Under the pieces are notes generated by a model that was not told the origin of the DNA, did no database searches, and saw only the letters and a list, made by a program, of their open reading frames with translations. 64,000 nucleotides of DNA from the human T2T-CHM13v2.0 reference genome, Homo sapiens: assembly GCF_009914755.1 (NCBI RefSeq), contig NC_060939.1; one strand, written 5' to 3'. This document shows, one piece after another, positions 54,827 through 64,000 of the stretch (positions within the stretch are counted from its first letter, which is position 1; each line of letters begins with the position of its first letter). A program made the translations under genes and the position numbers.

Positions 54827-55308
54827 TGTAGCAGGACTAGCCGCAGACAAAACCTCTCAGACACCAAGATGTAGAAGGAAGGGCTTTATTCCGCTGGGAG
54901 CATTGGCAAGCTACTGCCTTAAAATCCAAGCTTCCCGAATGCACAATTTCTGTCCCTTTTAAGGGCTCACAACACTAAAGATTTCACATGAAAGGGTTGT
55001 GACTGATTTGAGCAAGCAGGTGGTATGTAACAGGGGCTGCATGCACCGGGGGTCAGAGAGAAACAGAACAGGGCAGGGAGTTTCACAATGTTCTTCTATA
55101 CAATGTCTGGAATCTATGAATAACATCGGTTTCTAAGTTATGAGTTGATTTTTAACTACTGGGTTTAGGCCAAGCAGGCCCAGGCCTGGTTTCGGGCCTG
55201 GCGCCAGGCTACCTGTCTTTGGTTTTACCTCCTTGTTGTTTTTTCTTAAAACAGGTACTGAGTATAAAACAATATAAAACAATATGAGAGGGTCTCTCTC
55301 TTCGCTCA
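54827..55308 (-). mobile_element. ERV1-class solo LTR (LTR15-like)
   Basis: TG...CA termini with a 4-bp TSD gcgt (54823-54826 and 55309-55312). There is an AATAAA at about 54891-54886 and a TATA-like TTAAAAG at about 54962 on the minus strand. The subfamily name is from memory. Confidence 0.82.
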
Positions 55309-58300
55309 GCGTGGGCACCTCTGGAGCAGGACAGTGGAGAGGGGCCTGAGGAAAGTACTTCTGCCTGGACTAGCACCTGCCCCGGTCATGGTTCCCCAAA
55401 CTCCCCATTAGTGCTAGTTCTTCCCAAAGAGGCATCAGAGGGGCAGGGAGGTGCTGGGGGACACTGTGGTCCATGCTGCCATTGACTGATTTTAGGGTCC
55501 TGGGCCAGTTAATTTACTCTTCTAAGACCTAGTTGCCCCATCTGTAAAATGGGGTTTGTAACAGTATCTCAAGGTTGTAGTGAGGACTAAAAAAACATAG
55601 TGTATGTAAAATGCTCAGCATAATGCCTGGCATGGGGCAAATGCTCACCACTGTTAACTGTTATTACAGTTATTATTAATCCCGCTGGGCAACGTTTCTC
55701 AACCTTTTTAAATTCCAGGCTCACTTGTGATAAGCATACAAACCTCATACTCCTCCCAGTAATAGTATAGGATTTAAAACATCAAGGAAATAGAAGGTTG
55801 AGGCAAAAAACAAATCGAAGCACTTATTATATAGAACATGCTTTTTCAGATGAGAGAGCACCCCTGCCCCCGCCCCCCCAACACACATACACAATTGAGG
55901 CTCACTACAGGGGTGGGAGCTGGGAGGACTGGCAGCCCCCTCTGAGAGGCCTCAGGGTGGAGGGCCAGGAGCACAGGGTGGCCTCTGGTGGGTGCCTCTC
56001 CTCCCTCGCTGGCCCACAGTGGCCTCTGGATCCCAGCCCAGCCTCCCAGCTCTGGCAACAAGGGCTTTGAGGGAACAGAGGAAGCTCTTTGGAATACAAA
56101 TATCTTTGGATCCTCCGGTCTCAGCCGGCGCCCTATTCTCATGCTAATACGGAGAGAGTTTGGGGGATGCTTGAAGGGGAAATTGCCAACTGTAGGAAAC
56201 CCAGCCCAAGCCTGGGGCCCTGGGGACAGGGCTAGAGCCTCTGGGGTCCTTTCCCGTGTAGCTTCCCAGTACCCAGCACTAAGTTCCAGCCCCATGCCCC
56301 AACAGTCCTGGCACATCCCCTGGCGGGCTGGGTAGATTCTACAACTCAGGGTCTATTTGCTGGACAATTGCCCCTTCCAGTTTTCCCCATGCAAATAATA
56401 ATTCACTTGGCAAATAATAATTCACTAGCGGCTGTTTACCGCAGCCCTCCAGTGCCAGGCTTTGGGGAGATGCTCCGTGCATCTTAGTTATCTCATGTAA
56501 CCCTCACTGTGCAGCCCATGGAAATGAAACTCAAAGAGAGTGGCAATTTGCCCCAGATCTCGCAACTGTGGTGCCAGGATCCAAGTGCAGGTGTGTGCAC
56601 CCCACTGGACTCACAGGGCTGGTGGCTTTGGAGACCTCATGAGCCACAAGATGGCATCAGGGGGGCCTGGGAGGTGAGGGGCATGGGGTTTGGCACAGCA
56701 GCAGTCTAGGCCGTAGGTACTACAGGCATAGACAGGACCCGCATGTCAAAAAAGGACTCGGTTGGTGGCTCAGGTCAGGCAGACAGTCTCCCCAGGTGCT
56801 GAGTCTGAGTTCTCAGCCCCCAGGCCAGGCTGGGGCAGAGGAGCAGATGGAGATGGGTAGGCGTTCTTGAGTTGACCTGGAATTTAGAAAGGTGATCTGC
56901 TGATGGCTTAGGGGGTATGCTGGGGGCAGGCTCTGGACCTGGACAATCTTTCCCTACTTCTCAGCTTGGTCAATACCTACTCCTCCTTCAAGGCCCAATT
57001 CAAACCCCAGCTCACTGGTGGAGGCTTCCCTGACTCTCCCAAGCTAACACCTAGCTCCATACTCCTCTCTTCCCCAACCTCTGTGGCATCATTTAGGTGC
57101 GGCTCTGCCTCCTGCCCTAGGCTGGGAAGTCCTGAGGGAAGAGGCCTTGCCTGATTCATCTCCATGACTCCAGTGCCCAGCATGGGACCTGGCACTCAGC
57201 ATGGCTCAGGAAATGTTTGCAGAATGAATGAGTGACTCTACAGGATGAAGGAGGCTGTGATCTTCACTCTTGCAGAGTCTCCAACAAAAGGAAGCCACTG
57301 AAACCTAAGCAGGAGGGTGCTGCTTAGTATCATTGATTTCTCTGTGCCCAGCACCACATCTCCCCTGCTCTTCTCTGATTTCCACCATAATTGTGTGGAT
57401 GGTTCTGGATGGACTTGGGCTCACCCTGTGCTGGCCCTTTTCCCCTCAAGTGCACCAACGCCAGGAAAGGCAGTTTGACCGGTGGATCAAAGCAGGCTGG
57501 AAGTGCGGGGGAGAGAATACCTCCAGGACAGCCCTCAACCAGCAGGGATGGGAGCCAGTGTGTAGCTGCTCCAGCCTCCCGCTTTCCAGTGGGGAGTTCT
57601 GGAGACAGAGGCCCCACCCTCCACTAAGGGACCCGTAAGACTGTCCCGTTAGGTTGGCCGTCCCTCTTTCCTGGTTTGCGCTCCTGCTCCCTCAAGATGG
57701 CAAGCTATGCAGTAGAAATTTCGTGACTGTGGAGTCTTATTCTCACTGGGCTCTGACCCTGATTCCTGAGGCTTCCAAGGGTTCTCTGGAGGTATGTAGG
57801 AAGCTCCAGTGGAAGAGAGCTATTCAGGGAATTATGTCCTGAAATTAAACTCCACGGTCCCCAAGGGAGGGAGAGAATGGGGCATGGTGACACTGGGGTG
57901 GGGATGGGAGAGAGAAGTTGTTGGGGGTTTGATGGGAAACCCATTTTGCCGTAATCGTATTGTGCACATTAAAACCACAGCTACCAGAGCAAAGGGGTGG
58001 GGGTGGAGGCAGAGCAGAAAAATGGCTAGAATGAGCTGGCAGGGGAGGGCGTGTCTGCAGACTCATTTGGGATAAGGGGTTGGGGGTTAGGGATCCCTTG
58101 GCCAGTCAAGGACAGCCCCACCCACCTCTTGCCAATTGGAGTATAGAGAAGGTGGCAGGCAGAGAGTGGAAACTGGGACTCTGCTGCATTGACACCTGCT
58201 AGGTGCCAGGCACGGCAGTAGGTGCTTTGCTGAACGCCACTCATTTATAAACTGCTTTACATGCACCACCACATTTAACCTTTGCAGTAGACCTTGGAGC

Positions 58301-59316
58301 TTGGCACTATTGCTATCCTAAGTTGCTATGAGGGAACTACACAGAGAGGGAAGTGACTTGCTCAGGATCCCCCAGCCGTTTAACAACCCCATGCACCACA
58401 GCTGGATGAGCAAGATGTCTGCAGTGAAGGGACAGAGGAATTGAGGCCAAGCTACTGGGGAGGGGTGGAAATGCCATTCTGGAGGATCTGTGACGTTGAC
58501 AGAGACTTTATCGACACAACAAGCCAGCTAACCCCTAACGAACGTGTTGATTCATTCATTCATTCCATCAGTTACTCCAACATGTGGGACTGCATGGTTG
58601 TGAAAACAGAATATGACCTTGTAAAAGGAGAAGCCTTGGGCCCTTGATGCCAGGTGGGAGGAGGATGGAGAGCTCTAAGAGGACTGGAGATGCCAAGACG
58701 GCTTCTTAAAGAGGTGTGGAAGGACTGCGGATGGCTGCTTTCCCTCTTTAGATCCTGCTGTGGGATGCTAGCACAAAGTCTGGAAAATGCACCTGACTTT
58801 GCCTAGAGGGCAATAGGTCTCTTCCTGGGGGTGTCACGCAGGAGGGTACCTCTCTTGCTAGTCTTGCCCAGAGCTCCTGAGGAAGGGTCCCTGTGACAGC
58901 TCCTTCTCTCCCCTGATCAAGTGGCCTAGGCTTCAGGTAGCAGGACTGGTGAACTGGTTGGGCAGACATGGCTGTCCTTGCCTAGGCCAATGTAGTGCCA
59001 GCCATGGCCTTCCCAGAAGCCTTAGACTACAGGCAGAGCTGCCTCACTCTAGCTGTCCTAGCTGCTGGATGCCTGCCAGGTGTGTCTCTGAAGGCCTATC
59101 TTCCAAGACTCAGAGAGTGACCACTGGAAAAGACACATCTGGACCCTGAGATCTCCAATAAACTTCAAGTGTTCCCTCATCAGCGTCTCATGTGGCATAA
59201 ACTTCCCAAATCCTTACTGAGGAGGTCATGATCTGTGCATATCTCTCAGGAGCCCAACAGCAACTATCTATTCAACAAATATTGGTGCTGGCCTTTATTC
59301 TGAATGTAGACTTCCA

Positions 59317-59472
59317 TCGGGGCTCAGTGTGAGGCCAGGGTCAAGGCTCAGTGTACGATCAGGGTTGGGGCTTGGTCTATGACCAGAGTCAGGGCTCAGT
59401 GTGTGCCCAGGGTCAGGAGCCACTGCATGGACAGAGTCACGACTCAGTCTATGAATGCGATCAGAGTTCAGC
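59317..59472. repeat. Degenerate minisatellite, unit about 24 bp (cagggtcagggctcagtgtgtgac), about 6 copies
   Basis: Recurrent ggctcagtgt and cag(g/a)gtca motifs at about 24-bp spacing. Confidence 0.7.
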
Positions 59473-59683
59473 CTGGAGCTGCTGTCAGAGACTAATCTTT
59501 TCCAGGCCTTGACTTTCCTTTAGAGCAAGACTACAGGCTCAGGGACTGCCTGCTAAGAGCAAGGTAAGGCAAAACAGGCTGAGTTCAAATCCTGGCTTAC
59601 CACTTGCCAACTCACCTGGAGCAATATCCTGATCCTGCAAACCTTGAGTTGCTTACCTGTAAATGAGGACAAGGGGAGGCACC

Positions 59684-60087
59684 TGCCTTAGTTCATTCTG
59701 TGCTGCTGTAACAGAATTCTTGAGACTGGGTAACTTAAAATGAAGAAGTATTTATTGGTTCATGATTCTGGAGGCTGTGGAGTCCAAGATCAAGGTGTCA
59801 GCATCTAATAAGGGCCTTCTTGCTGTATCATCCCATGGTGGAAGCAGAGAAGGCATGTGCACATGGGGAAGTGGGTGGAGCGTAAAAGGGGGCCAAACTT
59901 GTCCTTTTATAAGGAACCCACTCCCAAGATAACAAACCCGCTCCTATGATAATGACATTAATCCATTCATGAGGGCAGAGCCCTTATGGCCTAATCACCT
60001 CTCATTAGACCCCACCACTAAACATTATTGCATTGGGAATTAAGTTTACAACACATACCTTTTGGGGCACATATACAAACCATAGCA
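59684..60087 (-). mobile_element. MST (MSTD-like) MaLR solo LTR inserted in a MIR
   Basis: Runs tgccttagttcattctgtgctgctgtaacagaa...aaaccatagca; the flanks gcacc/gtgcc fit a CpG-decayed 5-bp TSD. Confidence 0.85.
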
Positions 60088-61274
60088 GTGCCTCATAGGT
60101 TGGGAAGGCTTAACAGGTGAAAAACACCTAGCTCTGAATGTGGCACTTAGTGAATGCTCAGGAAATGGCAAACTCTGCTTTATCCATTATAACCATCATA
60201 CTAGAGGCTCAGGATCTAAACACTTTACACCTGGTTCCAGTCCTGCCCTCCTGATTCAGGTTTGAGTCAGAGAGTCAAAGGGACCAGTCTCCCTGCTCAT
60301 CCACGGCCAAGGAAGTCACTGGGTCCTGGGAAACTTCCCTGGAGTCAGGAAAGCTTGGGATAGGGAAGCCTCTTGGGGCAAAATCTCACCCCTTTGATGA
60401 CCATCAGCTTTTCTCAGAGGCTTCAAGACTCTACCTGCCTGCTGCTTGTGCTCTCTGGTGGGCAGATGAGCCCTGCAGCCCTGGTCCCTTCAGTCCCCAG
60501 ATTTGGGATGAAGACCCCAGTCTCCTAGATGAAGCTTGTAGCACTCCCTCCTGTCTGCCCTACTCTGCTCCAAGGGCCCTTTGCTGTCCAGGCTCTGTGT
60601 GCCTCTTCCTGCCTTCTCCAGCAGTCCCATGGCCCACTTCTTAGCCTCTCCCATCACAACCCTCCAGGATTCTTTCATTGTTTTTGGCTTCCTCTCCCAC
60701 CCATCTTTCATTTGGATGTTTCCTAAGAGGACAGAATTCTAACCACCAGCCAGCCCTTCCTGCCCCATCCAACAAAACAGATAATCTGTTCTCCATTTTC
60801 CCAGAGGAGAAATGAAAACAAGTGGCTGAGATTGCAACAGGAATTGAGACGAGTTGCATTGGCATGGGAGAGCTGTGGGAGGCAGGCATGAGCTGGGGAT
60901 GGGGTGCTCTTTTGGGATTCTGGTCACTAATCTTGAGTGGCGTAGGGACGTTTTGTCAGAAACAAAGAATGAACTGAGTAATCTAGAATCCCTGCTTCCT
61001 GTCTGAGGACCCCAGTCTTATCAGAGAAGCATTATGGATTCTCAGCTAGACCACTGGGGGCACATCCCAGCCCTGCATCTTCCAGGCTGAGTGGCCTTGG
61101 GCATGTCACTCAACATTTCTGGGCTTCAGTTTTCTTATCTGTAAAATGGGCTGTTGTGAGAAGTAAAGGAGCATGGAGCACATGTTCCATGTAATTGTTA
61201 GCTATTATTATCTACAGTAGCAGACCCTAAACACTTCCAGCAGCTCACTCCCAGCAGTAAAAAAAGTAAGTGTG

Positions 61275-61571
61275 GGCTGGGCGCAGTGGCTCACGCCTGT
61301 AAATCCCAACACTTTGAGAGGCTGAGGCAGGCAGATCATGAGGTCAAGAGATCGAGACCATCCTGGCCAACATGGTGAAACCCCGTCTCTACTAAAAATA
61401 CAAAAATTAGCCGGGCGTGGTGGCATGCATCTGTAGTCCCAGCTACTCAGGAGGCTGAGGCAGAAGAATCGCTTGAACCCAGCAGGCAGAGGTTGCAGTG
61501 AGCCGAGTTCGCGCCACTACACTCCAGCCTGGCAACAGAGTGAGACTCAGTCTCAAAAAAAAAAAAAAAAA
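61275..61571 (+). mobile_element. Alu (AluSc-like)
   Basis: Alu body; TSD-like aaaaaa.taag.gtg on both sides. Confidence 0.92.
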
Positions 61572-62134
61572 TTAAGCGTGTCCCTAATACATATCAATAT
61601 TAATTCATTCATAAATTATATGCATGTATTTCTGTGCTAATATAGTCTATATGTTATAAAATATATACAATAGTCATATTAAAAGTATAAGATAAAGAAC
61701 AAAATATAAATAGAAGCTCTAATAGCTTCTTCCCATACCCCAGCGGATCCTCTTATGCCCCCACTGGAGGCAGGAACAGTACTTTGGAAACCTCTTCATG
61801 TGCCGGTAGCCTGAGTAAATTGCAGAAAAGCTTCTGCCAGGGCCGATGTGAGAGGAGAAGCTCCAGAGCCCCCACGTGGGAGCCAGGGAGTGCTAATGTG
61901 GGTGATTAAATCATTTACAATAATCCATTTGGAACAGCAGCCGTGTCTAACATGGGGCGTGATGACTGCTCCACAAATAGAAAGGTGGCCAGGGAGGCAG
62001 TTGGTGGGACATATTCCAAGGGCATGGGGTAGGCGCACAGACTTACCCTTGCTACTCACTGTCTTGCTGCAGTTCACCTGCCAGCCTCTGTGCCTGCCCA
62101 GTGCAATGGATCAGTCTGCCCCCTCCCTGCATAA

Positions 62135-62539
<405 letters not shown>

Positions 62540-62599
62540 CCTCAGACTACTTTTTCTACACTGCACCAGGCTGGTGCTTTGCTCCATACCCTCAGTGTA

Positions 62600-63098
62600 C
62601 TTGACACTGTGGCCTCTTTGGCCCTTGATGACCACCTTCCCTTACCAACCTGACTCCCCTCCTGTTGCTCTCCTCTTCACTCATTCTGTTCCAGCCACAC
62701 TGGCCTCCTTGCTGTGTCTCAACAAATGCTGAGCACTTCCCCACCTCTCGGCCTTTGCACTGGCTGTTCCCTCTGCTGGTTACAGCCCCTAAGCCCAGGT
62801 GACCCTCAAGGTTTACTCTATCATGGCTTTTCCATCTCATCTCAGCTGACGTCTTTCCTGACCAGCTAGTAGAAAATAGCAAACCACCCCCGTCACTCCT
62901 TATTTCCTTAGCCTGCTTTGATTTTTCCATAGCCCTTGTGTTTAATTGTTCTTTTTTTTTTTTTAACTGTCCACCTCTGCCAGCTAACCTGTAAGCTCCA
63001 TAAGATTAGGCCTTTGCTTTGTAAACTGCAGCATCCCCAGGTTCTAGAACTGAACCTGACACATGGCAGGTGTTCAGGAAACATTGGTTGAATGAATG
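62600..63098 (+). mobile_element. L2a 3' end
   Basis: Contains ccagccacactggcctccttgctg...ggcctttgcactggctgttccctctgc and ends ttggttgaatgaatg. Confidence 0.82.
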
Positions 63099-64000
63099 TG
63101 TTCCATTGCTATCCCATGAGGCTGAATCCTGTCTCTCCCTGGCCTAGGCCCATAGGAGAGAGGCTGGAGCTTTTCCTCTTCCATCTCTCCCGTTGGTCAA
63201 CTCTCCAATTTAGTGGCTGGTCCCTCCCATCCGGCATTCTCCTTCACCATATCCATCACATGTTTAATTACTTTTTGGGAAGGTGTCTAGCTTCCCCATC
63301 ACCTAACCCCCTAATTGCTCAAAACTAATTTTTTTGGGGGTGAGGATCTAAACGGTGCTGGATAAGAGGGAACCAGGAGGGCCGAGGAGCCACCCAGACA
63401 GCCCCTTCAAGATTTCCAAGTCAGTTTTGAAAGAGCAGCAGGCAGTTACTTTGCTCCCTAATTACCAGCCTCACTGTGGACATCCTCAGAAGACACATCT
63501 TTCCTAATTGAAACAGCAGGGTGGATTGCAGGCTCTGGGCAGCCTCCTTTGCCTTTTCTGGCAGGAGCCAGAGGCAGGCAAAGGTGTTTCATTAAAAGAG
63601 AGCTGTGGAAAGGGAGTGGTCATGGTGCCCACTGCCTCCTGGAGGCCCACAATTTAGACGCACAATGAAACAGCAAATATGACAACAAAAGAATCAAGTC
63701 CCTGGTCTGTCTCCCCATCTCAGGGCCTGGGCCTCACCTGGCCTCTCCTTCTCCCATCAACTCTCTCCTGCATAGCCACAGACTCCAGCCAAGTGGCAAC
63801 TCTGCTGAGCACCTGCCCGAGTGGACTTTGGCCTCCTGCCATCTGTGAGCAGGGAGGTGTAGCTCAGGGGTGGTCCCGGGATCGTGGGCAGCCCCTCTCC
63901 TCCCTGGAAGAGATAAAATCTTGGCCCAGGCCAGCCAAGCTCAAGGTCTTAAGGCTTATTCAGCTTGCTGGAGTTGCTGCTTATGGCGGAGCCTACTGAG

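Overview
Human (primate) genomic DNA, rich in interspersed repeats. It holds one clear protein-coding gene on the minus strand, which I recognise from its translation as INSYN1 (C15orf59, inhibitory synaptic factor 1; by recollection 15q24.1). The 293-codon CDS is split into a 156-nt exon (20347-20502) and a 726-nt exon (9278-10003) by a canonical phase-0 GT-AG intron. A CpG-island promoter lies at about 21.5-22.9 kb. The rest is intronic or intergenic: about 18 Alus, LTR12C-like, LTR15-like, THE1 and MLT1/MST solo LTRs, a Tigger4a, and many MIR/L2/L1 fragments. Almost all other ORFs in the track are spurious. I found no convincing new multi-gene system. The most interesting signals are: (1) two upstream AUGs flanking the INSYN1 start, namely a strong-Kozak 8-aa uORF ending 3 nt before the start and an overlapping 46-aa uORF; (2) a G-quadruplex starting in the stop codon, followed by a (TA)15 tract between two AATAAA signals; (3) a roughly 100-bp inverted templated copy of a MIR inserted into a younger L1; (4) an LTR12 with an intact CpG-rich promoter half and a degraded R/U5 that appears to lack its poly(A) signal; (5) a unique element at 33.7 kb with a triplicated 26-bp motif. 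Repeat subfamily names come from memory of the consensus sequences and need confirming with RepeatMasker.
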